Part shown: piece by piece, positions 25,749 through 38,150 of the stretch | How positions within the stretch are numbered: the first letter of the stretch is position 1 | Layout: each line of letters starts with the position of its first letter | Source: Tubulanus polymorphus | Taxonomy: Eukaryota > Animalia > Nemertea | Direction: 5' to 3' | Assembly: GCF_964204645.1 (NCBI RefSeq) | Contig: NC_134025.1 | Location: 27,198,299-27,262,298 of the forward strand | Length of the DNA: 64,000 bases | Position numbers and translations under genes: made by a program | The notes under the pieces: model-generated | Databases searched by the model: none | Told to the model about the DNA's origin: nothing | What the model saw: only the letters and a program-made list of their open reading frames with translations

Positions 25749-28700
25749 GATGGCTGTAGATAAAAAAATCTGAAGAGAGTCTCTAATCAATTTTATGATT
25801 CTTTCCTCGGGCGGATCATCATAATTGATGATATCATCATCAAAGACTTTGATAGTAGTGGACATTAGTACCACATGTCACTAGCAGTGAACCATTTTTT
25901 TGATGTTGATTAACAAGATTAATGCATTTTCATTTCCACTGTTACGCAATGAATAACTTATCTTTCCGTAATATCTCACTTTCGTGTTCTTTCCAAAATT
26001 CGATCTGTCACTGTTTATTTGACGAGACGTTGGCCATTTTGAGGGGTTCGGTCCGAGCACACAGCTGGCCTGGCATCAATGAAATCCTACCTAGCCTCCT
26101 AGCATTCTTTCAGTCAAATAGTTCTTTTGCTGCCGGATTTCGTACTTTCTACATGGAGTGATAAAATCTGAATTATTCGACTTTTAACAAATATGAACTC
26201 GGTAGGATTTGTCATACCAATTATTTCATGCGCCGAAAAACACCCAGCATGAACAAGAGATAATACAACTTCTAGTCTTTGACAAATTGCAACTTAGCGT
26301 TTTCATTGACTTGATGACTGCGAGGCATTTTCTACATCCGGCTACTTATCGTTATAATGTTTAATCCTATCTTCAATGCTTTACTGACTATCTAAACATC
26401 TACCTAGTGGTTGTCCTTATTGAAATATGGAACTTTCGCTGTGAATCTGTGTTTGTATCGGTGTTAATCCGGTTAAGTATGGCACTCTTTAGCGTTTTTC
26501 TTCAGACGCTTTTGTCTCGCTAAACCCCTCGAAAGTTTTGTTCTTGTAGACGAGCTGTCTGTGAAAGGGCTCCTAAACTTAGGGTAGAGTTTCTGTTTGG
26601 AACAATAATATTAACGCACGGATCGTGAGGTTTAGATAAATTTGGATCCAGTGCGCCTCCCTCGGAGAGGACTCTTGAGGTACAATATGGCTCCCTGTCA
26701 TTCTATTTGATGTATCTCATGGGACCTTTACTTTTCAAATCAGCTGTTCTGTTATGTATATTTGGTAATCAAGTCTGGCACACTAAATGTACTGAAAAAC
26801 GTCTCTCTGAAGTCAGCTCTTCATAACTGTCATAATACTGTCAAAATGGACCAGTTTATTGTTTGACATCTGTTATAGCCGCTTTAGTTTACCGAACATG
26901 AGAAATCTAAAGTTTGTGTCATGTCTCTGAATTCGAGCGTCTATATTTGTTCTATGCACACGCATAGGTTCAATGCAGTGCATCAGAGTCTGCGCTTCTG
27001 TCAAAAAAATAATCATTCTAAGTTGCTTTAGTATTCAGTCTCTTTCCTAGTATAAGTTTGAAATGCAAATTGAAACCTTGGTGCCTAGATGTCCTTGAAA
27101 TTGATTCTTTTGAAAATAACTGATAAATCCACTTTATTTGTGATATCTGTACCTGGAAAACACCTCAGAAAGAGTTGGGATAGAAGGATGTTTTAGAAAA
27201 ATGCATCACTTTGAGACAGCTGCTTTTAATGTGTTAAATGTGTCAGATATTGATGTGTTTCGTTGTGAACGCTAGAATTTTGGCCTGATTTCGGTTGATC
27301 GTTATGAATAGTCTCTTCTCTATAATTGATGGGGTTGTAATTTCGATGGCCATTAAGATTATGCGTTTCAATTGTTTCCAGTTTATCAGCTGCCCGGATT
27401 CAACATTTTATAAATCGCTTGTTATCGAAATGGATGCGTTTGAAAGAGCGAACGGATTGTCACTACGTAGAGATATCTGGTCCATGTTGATAGGTTTTCA
27501 CACGAACTGCCAAACTTATTTTGTCTCCCATAGCCGAGCAGTGAGTCAGCGGTAAAAAACGTTGCATCGATTTATCTTGAAATTTTTAAACATGCGACCG
27601 ACTTTGCGTCTGATTTTTTTGTACAGTTACATTAATCTTCTTTTTCATTTTCGGATCTAAAAAAAAATCAAAGCTTAAAAATCCAAATCTAACGAGTAAG
27701 AAGGCAGTCTTTGACTCACAATCATCATAAACAATGAGACCTTGCCAATTCTGTTTTGCTCTCGGGCATTATTTACTTCAGAAAACTTGAAAGAAGCATT
27801 GTTTTCTTGCTTCGCCGTCGACTTTTCTTTTAATCATTACGCTTTGCATTGTTCTTCAAATATGGAGAAGAAAAAAGTTGGTGAAAGATTAGTGAGCTTC
27901 CGACTGAAAAGTGACTCAGGTTTTATGATATTACAACAGTGACCGCATTGCTTTCTCAGTCTCTTCCGGAGTTTACTAGTTAATAACTTCTTCATTGTTA
28001 ACAGAAATTTAAATCTGATGGCTGTTCATGATAAATCGAATATAAATTGATGCATATATATTCGATCGAGCTATGATTATTCTCTTAAGCCCTTTCTTGA
28101 GTTCGATTTTGTTTTGTGCCTCCGATTCTAATGACACTCATCAATCACACGGAAGAAGTGAACCCTGCTGATTTTATGCTGATTTTGGTCACTTTGCTGA
28201 AAGGTGAACGATTAAGATCGCGGATTAGTCAATAATATGGTGAAACTCGTAAAACTTATTATGGATAATTTTGGCAAGAATTAGATGAACTTAATGACAA
28301 TGATAAACTGATTAAGAAGTGTAAAGCCTGTGCACACAGTAAGACATGAACCCAAAGTACAAAATGAGAGCTTAAAAATACTGGCTTGTTTCATCATAAC
28401 TTGTGTGCCTTCTTCCTGGTTTCTGGTTCATTTCTCGCTCCATATTTTGATAATGTTGTGCGAGTGTTGAGACCGAATTTTTACTTTTTCTTGGTTGCCC
28501 GTGACTAGAATGAGATCTATTTCATTTCTGATTTACTTTTTTTGTTGATAGCTTGTCAAGACTTCAATCACGAGCGCGAGAAGCTATTTGTTTTACCACA
28601 ATGTGCTCTTTAATGAACTAGATGAGAGGTAGTTAGTCGGGTGACAAGTCTTTGATCGCGTGGCAGTGATTAATGATTGTGAAAACTATTTCTTAAGATC

Positions 28701-31700
28701 ATTTATCATCGGTGAGTGAATATTGATATTCAAGCGATTTCGAGTATCAAGGAAATTTGCAAAAATTCTGAATATTCCTATACCTTTCATCAGCGAAAAG
28801 TCATCAAAATATGAGGACTAATCTTTTTCTTATTTGTTGAATTTTTCTTAATTTTGTTAAAAAAATATGTTTGCCCAATTCCTAGAAATTTCTCAGTTGC
28901 CGGGAGTCGAGTCATTGACCTTGAACTTATTAACGATGGTGTTGATTCGGTAGGTATCATTTATCTCGGGGTGTCATTCATTTCCTCCCTCTCAGACTCT
29001 CAACGGACTCTGCTCGAGTCCTCAGCATATTTGGGTAAACAATGGAAGACATTGCTGTAATTCATCATTTTTCCAAAACACAGGTGCTGGGCAACAATCA
29101 TTACTAAGTAAACTACGCCCGTAATCCACGAGGCTGTCACAGAAACCGGGGCCATCATTGTTGTACGCGGTGATGGATCACCGCCGGTGACAAAATCCTG
29201 GTCGGATTGCACTCGCCGATAAGACGGTCCTGAACGCGGGATCCTGATGTTTCTACATCGGACAGATGGATTTTGTTTATGTTTAATAAGTTGGTCATCT
29301 TTATCGGCCCGTTCGAGTGACAGGTTTGAGAATTTCAATTTCGACGAATTGATTTGTCGTAAGATAGACAGATTCGATTGTTCCTCAGAGACGAGGATCT
29401 ACGTCCATCTCCGGGTCTTCCTCATTTGTAGATTCATTGACCACAGGAATTATCATTTTCTATTAGTAACAAGTCAAACTGCTGTGCATCAATTTCTTTT
29501 TTTTTCATTGTGTTGTTCAGGAAACCACATCTAACATCTCGTTGGACCTAGTTTTTGTTGCATGAGTTAATGACCTGAATATGGTTAAAATCTGTTATTT
29601 CTAGCGAAACAGGAACGTTCTTGAGGTTAATTTACTTTGAGAACTTTGGGTTATATGACGTTATTTTTCAAAGAATCCTCGTTTGATAATAGTTTAAAAG
29701 CCACTTTAATGTTTAAAGCTTTTGATCTCGGGGAAACTCGCGGAATATACACTTCAAATTGTAGGAAATTACAATTTTTTTCTGAATATATACTTATAAA
29801 GATATACTTTTTATGCCTTGCTATTGATCTAAAGTTCTGAAGGCTTTTCAGTTTAGTTAAGCAGATGATGATATTTTGTGCTTATTACTTCGGGGTGACT
29901 GAAATGTACTTATTTCAGTTTTGAAATGCTTTGTCATCACTTACGTGTGAATGGAAATGTCAGGTCAACATATGGCTGATTTTAACGAATCAAATATCTT
30001 TTGTAATTACAATCAATGTATGACAGAATGAATGTATATAATTACAGAAGATATCCGATTTGATGAAATTTGACAAGTTACTCGGAGTTCTTCATTATTT
30101 CCTTACAACCATGTAAGCATGTGTAAACCTCATATTCCACAATTGACTAAATAATTGGTTCAATTAGTCTCACACCTCGCTGGACTGTTATAATTTTACC
30201 CTTGGATACAAGTTGACCAGCATCGTAATTTCTGGACAGCTTATGATGATGGATGTTCAGCAGTGACAAAGGAACCAGTGCCCCATCAGTCATAATTGAT
30301 CACCTAATTTGTCAATGGATCAAATTCCTTATTGTTGAACCGGTGAATTGGGTGAAGTTCCGGATTTTAGGTTTTGACGCTTTCGCACATATTGAAATGA
30401 ATCATGAATCGGACCCTGGAAGCAATAAAAAACGTGAAAAGAATATGAAAAACAAAAGTTCTACTTTTTGACATAATTGGATTGAGGAATAGAACTAAAA
30501 GAATCTGACCCTATAAGGGTCCCTAAAAATAATCTGCTTGTTCCGAGGCTATTCTTATCAACGATACTTCATTACGTCATCCTCATCATTAAGCAAACTT
30601 GTCATTGTCTTTAGGATTATCCTTCACAGTACACTTCAATCTTGTAACTTAATAAGTGAGATTTACAACAATTGACCATCTCTGCAGTAATCAATAGCCA
30701 TTTCATTGACAAATGATTCATTCTATTCACTAGTCAGCCTCTCAATCCGATCAATGCAAACCACTCAGAAGAACAAGTAGATTTTCGTAAAAATTTCAAA
30801 ATGTAAAGATTGAAGCGCCTATTAAGAAATAATCAGTCTACGATGACGACGACGACGGGTTTTTGATTTGAAATCCGGATGGAACTCGGGAGGAAAATTT
30901 CGCTGCTAGCTAGAGTGCGTTATATAACGTTAAATTGGCTTCATTTCGGTATGATTGATGCTCGGAGAAATACTCGAGTTCGCACACGGTTCATACATTC
31001 ACAGTACGCGGCGATGTTGCTGATATTGTCAATGATAAAATGGTGCCAGTTTTATGGTGAATCGATCCCGTTATTTAAGTCCGATTTTATTAGCTTCCTG
31101 GGTTTCATTGCTGGCATTTTGCGAGCGGCGAATTCGATACGAGAGATGTTTATTTCGAGTAACCGCGTGTAGATTTCGTCTGGAGATTTTTCATAAAAAT
31201 GTCACGCAGACCAAGCATGGCGGGTGATAGCTAGTCGAGAGAGAGAGAGAGTCCTGCTGATGATAGCTGACAATACGGAGGCGTCTGCAAGTCGGAGACT
31301 GTGTCACACATGTCATATCAATATTAACATTGATCAACGAACATTGTTCCATCTTCGGCATCTACAGGGGGTGAAAATCACATCGGCAATTTGGTTGAGT
31401 CACTTTCTCGGCGAGATTCCGCTACTTAACCGCGATATCAAGCTGGTTACCTGTATAACAGTCAATCCGGGTGTAATCAGTGTCAATTCTGTCATATCGT
31501 CTAAAAAACGCTATTTCATATAAATGATAACACGCGGGGAAGAATCTTGGGTAATTATCGATAGAGCCTTTAAAAACAGCTAAGACCGAAAGTAATATGA
31601 TTTTGGCAGGAAACAATTTTCGTTACTTAGTGAGCTTCATTCGACGAAGATGAAATCTATCAATATTGGTGCAAATTGTTTTCACAATTTTTTGCCGCTT

Positions 31701-34700
31701 TTTGAGTTTGACTCGTCCTGAGTACAATTTCAAAACCGGGTGCTCGCTCAACTGTGAAGAGGCTTCGCATGATTCCGTTCACCGGCTGGGTGGTAAATAC
31801 CTAATTAACGGTGTAATTGCTAGAGGTAACGTCTCCCGTACTTGAAAGGTGTTCAAGAACGTCGTTCAGGAAAATCAATTCAGGATTGAAAAAGTTTTCG
31901 AATGAATCATAGGATTACGAGCTGAAAAAGGAGTGACGTCGATGTTGGATGTTGATGAGGCCGGATAAGTTACGGTAATCACTTAAGCAGGATTACACAG
32001 CAGAAACATGTTAGAGTTGCTTAATTAGCAGGAAAAAAGTTTGATTACTAAGGATGTCGATAGCGGAATTCGGGCTCGTTCCGCCGCAAATGAATCATAC
32101 TGTTGCATTGTGTTTGTGAAGGTATTACAACTTGTGGACCAGGTTTTAGTGATTCCACGTCTTCTCGATGACTAATACGGGATCCGCGGATTTCCGTCGC
32201 GTGCTTTTGAAAAAGTTCATGCATCGCTCGGCAGTTGCTGATCATGAGATTGTCACCGATGTTTTTATCAGTGCTGCGTTGAATAGGTGCATCTGCTTCT
32301 CGAGGATGTCGTCCCCCTTCTCCGATTTCCCGTTGCTTAAGATGCCAATGATTCTCGATATTAGTCATATTTTCCTTTTGTGCCGCATACGGAAGACGAT
32401 GATACAAACTTTCGTTTTCGCCATTAGTTTCGTAATGATCGTCTCGCGCGCGACAATGCAACTGCTTGATGTTTAGAGAGAGTAAAAAACGATGAACTTT
32501 TACCTCGATGGATTCCTGTACAGCAGTCATCAGTTGAATCGTAGTCTTTCTTATATTGTTCGTTTATATGAGATCGTCGGATGGATCGGCTCCCCGCTCG
32601 AGACAACCCCCGAAGCGTTGTAACTTCTCCTTTGAAAATAGTGCTGATTCATGGTTTGTTGGTGATAATGGAGTTTCTCGGATTCATTTTCCGATACAAT
32701 GACAACTGCAAAGATCAATCTAGTTTTATCGGGCTAACTTCATCGGTAAAAGTGGGTAATTCTTCGATTAGCGCTCTCCTTTGAAGATTTATACCGAGGA
32801 TCTTTCACAGAAAATAAATGATTTTCCTTCGGGCTGGAATTTGCCCTTCTTGCATGAAATGATACTTGTTTTCTCGTTCATGCTCTCGTACTTGTTCGTT
32901 CTTTACTATTTCAATTCTGTGAGGAGTTCATTTATTAAAAGTCTTAATCCATTATAATCTCTTTTGGAGTTTGAATTACTTTCTAGCTTTTGAATCTCAG
33001 ATTTTACTGATGTTCGTTTTGAAATCTGCGGCTGAGAGGAATAGTGTGGTGAATAATTAAACAGCGGTAGATCAAGCAGGAATATGAGATCTCTGCAACA
33101 TGTATCACTACCTTCTAAATAATGCATTTTCTCCGAGTTCTTTATTCGAAAATGTGAGCTATAATTAGATGGATTGGCGATTCATATTTCACCAAGATCC
33201 TTTTGTGTCCAATGTAGCTTTTTCATCAGTAACGTAAAAGTTATTTCAGTTTCGACTAAATCATTTGGTTATTGTTTCTATTTTGAATTCGTATCATCAA
33301 TAATAAATGAACGCTGTTTTGATGAGAGCTTTATCGTGTCTGCCCCCCCCCCCCTTTCACGCGATCAATGATTTACTGTGAACTTGTTGACAATTTACCC
33401 AATATCCAGTTGACTATGTCTTCTTCATTCACGAGAGAAATCTATTGGCGATTCGTGAATTCGTCAGAAAGGAATCCGATTAAACCTGATAATTGGCTTA
33501 TTAATAAGTGTTCATCGTATGAGGCAGTGGTGATTTCACTTGCAAAGCTGATTATGTATGTGACAATCGAGGTAAAGCTATAGAGGATGGTGAAGTGTGC
33601 GCAGTTTGATGGACAGATGGAGGTGTCCGGTGCACAACAATGAGACACATAGTCGGTCATACTAGTGCAACAATTGTAGTCATGTGTGTAAGTTCGTGTT
33701 TCTCCGAGGGGTAGTTGTTTATGGGCAAGATTTTATGCCGTATTAGTAACACAACACCTCCAAAGATGAATTGTATCCATTGTCACGGGCAGGTGGTTGA
33801 AAGATCCGTACTTCATGAGCCTTGTCTACCACTAATAACCCTTGATTAGCAGCAGGCTGCAGCCAGGTTTGGTCAGTGACTCTGACTGCAGTGTCATCAG
33901 TACTTCACTCCTACACTCGAAGAAAATGCACTTATTTATAAAACATTCATCAAAACAAAAATTCCTTCATTCGCTCATTAATCTCGCAGCTTCAAATCTC
34001 ACGGATTTGGTCACGTACAGATTCCCAACCTGGCCGGTTCCCAAAGTCAGTTTCATTGTAAGCACGACTCCGACTCCGTATCATCCTAATTATCAATATC
34101 CACATCGATCTGGTGAACAATAAACACAATGGCTGATATCAGAAACAGTAGGATCTAGTAGTCCCAATTGTATCTTTACACATGTGATGTTCTTATGGCA
34201 CATGCTGGCGTACTCTTATTAGCCCAAATAGTGAATAAAATGGAGCCTAATGTGTCCGGTCATTCACTGGGTTTAACTAAATTTCCAGGGGTTTAAGTGA
34301 TTTTATATTGTTGAAAATGAATGGCCCCTTTGTGGTTTGTCTAGACGCCTCTGATTACGTAGCGTTAGAGCATCTGCAAATGCAATCATTTCTGCGAAAT
34401 CTATTTCAACAAGAGAATTAATTAAAGTGAAGTTCTGTTGGCTGCTTCTGTCAGGCAGTTTCTGGAGTTAATTCATAAGAAACTTCATTTCAGACGTTAT
34501 GGAATATCATTGATATAGCAATTTTGCATCCATATTCCAGAATACAGTTGCGTACTCGCCTTTTCCACATAAGTATCCTGGCTCAGTCTGAACCGGCATG
34601 GGCACACGCCAAAGATGCTTTAGTGTGATCATGGCTATTGTCCAAAAATGCATCTGGCAGCACATAAACTCTGATTTGCCTTTGTTACAATCGCCATAGA

Positions 34701-37678
34701 CCTGTGCCTCAATTTCTTGTCCAATGCCTTATGACCGTGTGTATCACTGCTATATCCCTAAAAGATGGTGATAATGAAGAATTCATTTATAGCTGTCTAT
34801 TAAAAGTTGATGAAATTATGCTCGAGTTATTAATGTTGCACTAGCTACTACAAATGTGAACCTGACAGGATAGATCCCACAGGGTTATCCCACGGGGCTA
34901 TCCCATTGTTATCAGTCCATTATTCAGTACTTAAGAGAACCGGGTGATGAAATTTAATTGTTCCGCCAAGAAGTGCTCTCTCTGTGGGGGTAAGTTTGCG
35001 AAAACTGAACAGGTTTTTGCCAAACACAACAGCTTTTGTGGAACGGGGTAGAATTGAATATAATAGTGTTGCATGTGCGGCTGGTAAGAACCAGAGAACT
35101 GACGCACTGGTATTTCAGCAGAAGGGTTTCGTTAAACCGATAATCGATGAAATTTTTACAAACAGATGTATTGATAGTGGATGCAGATCTATTGTTAGAC
35201 ATTAATTGTTCTGACTAACAACGCAAACGTTTAATACATCCACCTGGAGTTTAAGCTATAATTTACTCCACGTCAAATATTTGAGCCCATTTTGTTCTTT
35301 TGCTAGGTGTACGGTCTTAGGTTACTGACGCAGTTATTGATAATGCTCCTGACATGGCTCATTATAGTGTTAGCCTACCAGATTTACAATTCTCAACGAC
35401 TTGCGCGTTCGGGCTTCAGAATTTGATAATTATCAATTATTTATGATATTCCTGTTAGCTTTGCTGATGACTTTCGAAAAAGTTTTGAAATCGTGGCCAA
35501 CTGTAGAATTACGCGCGTTTATAACTAGTTGGATATCGAGTGATTCAGCTATGACCTCACTGCTGCTGAAGACAATGTGAAATGAAACAAGTGTTTCAGA
35601 TTACCAGCGATGAGCGAATACCATCGATGATGACAATTTCTGTATCATTAATTTGACAAGATCGACACTGACTTAGACAGGGGCGTCTTAGTTCCAGCAG
35701 GTGTACTTCGGTATATTGTGACTCAACTCGGTCTCATCTTCCCTGCGTTTCCCTGTGCTCTATTTCTCAAAGCATCAGTTCGAATTTCCATAACATTTTA
35801 CATCGACGATGCTACACGAGAATTGCATGTTCGAATTTATTGCCGTATCAAGTTTTGAAGATGAATTATTCAAATCAAAGCGATAACGCTCCTCGGCTCA
35901 TGACGTGTGTGCGTGTAAAACAATGGACCACTAAATAGAGAACACTTCTTTAATCATCATTTTTTCTTAAACACTTTTCGACAAATAACAAATTTTTTGG
36001 TTGCATATCTGGATTTAGAATTTAGCTGACATCATAGTCAGGAGCTCAATTATTTTGCAAGTTGCACCTTCGGATAGGTAAAGTTCTAGACATAACATCT
36101 AATGATTTTGGTCAAAATCAATGGCGACTTCTTTTTTATTTGGCTGAAAATTAGGAAACATTAAGTGAGTCATTGATATAAGTAGCAGTTCAGGTTCACT
36201 GGTTCATCAAGATACTCAAAACTCCATAACTTTCACAGTTTATAGCTTTCTGACAGTAACTGACTCATCTTCCATCCATATAAGACCGCATGACCAGCGT
36301 AATTACTCTCATAATTACTGAAATTTGACAGCTCCGTTACGTAAAATGTGTTATGCACGTGAACAAGAATAGAAAAATTTAAAAGTTATTGCTATTTATA
36401 AGAAAAAATTAATCTAAAATTGAAATAGGTGCAGTTTGGTTCTAGAATGATCATAACACCTTCAAATTATACGAGCTTTGATCTAGTTATGTCGGTATCG
36501 TTCTTGAAGCTCGTCGGATTGCCTTCATGTTTTTTGGCGATTCCTTGATCCAAGCCGCGCGGAGACCCATTCAGTAACAGTCTTGTGTCGTTTCTCTATT
36601 TTCGGATACCGGTTTCGACCGCATTCATCGTCCCTTGTCATCTACGCATTACTTCCAGTCGACGAGTTTCATTCATGTGTCTGCTAGACGAATTGATTGG
36701 TCTCGGTATCAACCAATAAGACGCGACGCGATAACGCGTGTAGTACACACACCGGGGTAGATATACAGCATCATAATTTTGTGTACAGACTTAAGTCGAA
36801 AAAGATGGACTCGAAACTGTCGTCCATGGTTTAATGGAATCTTGTGTAAATAGTGATAAACCGTTGATCATTTCTGAGATTTCGACTGCCGCTAATTTGA
36901 CTAATTCGGGAGTTTAACTCTGATGATAAGTTTCTCGCGGAATTCTTATAAATAATGGATGGATAGATCTTCAATTATCTTCGCGTATGTGTTTGAATAA
37001 TGGAATATTCTCCCGTTGCGCTTTATCTGTGGATTGATAATTAATTAAATCAGACTTCGATTACACGATTAATTTTCGACGCGACTGTTTTCATGAACGT
37101 GTGTTATCGATGTAATCGCCGATTAATGGATTTATGTAAACCAGGATTTCAGCGTTAGAATCATGCTCACTCACGTACTGTGCATCCGATGATAACATAC
37201 TTACAACAGACTGTTTCTAATCGTTTGAAACGTGCGGATAGTTTTAATTCGAATACAGATTACTTATCGATAAAGTTTTCAATCAATCGAGGTAAGTTTG
37301 GTAATTGACTTTCTACGGGGTCACTCGGTGCTGATGTAAAGCATGAAGCTCGGTTTGATGTAGTAAATGCTATTACTGATGCATTCTCCGAGGACAATGT
37401 TTTCTGCGTGGCCTCATCACGCCAGTGAATGGCTCGTCAATTGGAAACTTGATATGATTTGATGTTTGTCCACACTGGCAGCGACATTACAAAAAAGCAT
37501 CTTCTTCCATTCGACGAAGTCCCGATCACTTTTTTGCCCATCTCTGCATCGTTTATTGGTGTTGATTTTTTCGAGTCGAATCGGTGAGATCCAGCACGCG
37601 CGCTGCTGCGACACAAAACGTGCTCCTCTCATTCGTGTCCTGTTAAAATCATTTGTAAATTGAATTAATTATCTCACT

Positions 37679-37691
37679 GTCACCAGGCAAC
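37679..37691 (+). promoter_or_regulatory. RFX X-box
   Basis: GTCACCAGGCAAC. Motif match only. Confidence 0.35.
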
Positions 37692-38099
37692 ACATTTCGA
37701 CAATAATCTCTCGTTATCGATCGGCGAGATGCTATTTTTAGGTATCCCGGAATAGTTGTTTTCATTTCACATATGTAGCACGTTCAGAGTTTGTGACACT
37801 ATTAATCGATTATCATACGCGCAACGCGTGCAGCGTCTGTCTCTGTCTTCTCGGATATTTGATTGACACATGTATTCACATGCTGCTGCAGCTATTCTAG
37901 TTTATTGAATCAGATGGATTGGGAGCCACATATAGCTGCGTGTATTTGCATTGTTACCCATATTGTATAGGCAGCTTAAGTAATGAAGTTTGAAAAAAAA
38001 ATTACGTTCCATTCGAAGGGACACTCGTTCGTAGCTGCTGGATGTAAGTCTCGGTGACTGACGCCAACATCTCCGAGCATCATGTGATTTCCTTCGTTC

Positions 38100-38150
38100 G
38101 AGTGAGATTGTCTCGAGAATGAGATTGTCTCAGGAGTGAGATTGTCTCGG
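38100..38150. repeat. 17-bp tandem repeat, 3 copies
   Basis: GA(G/A)TGAGATTGTCTC(GA/AG/GG) repeated three times. Confidence 0.9.

Noticed and set aside
5250-26845. Partial matches to the starts of miR-279 (TGACTAGATC near 5250) and miR-8 (TAATACTGTCA near 26833)
   Set aside because: Only 10-11 nt match, the rest diverges, and there is no precursor hairpin.
32048-32530. 160-aa minus-strand ORF
   Set aside because: No homology recognised; overlaps similarly meaningless ORFs on both strands.
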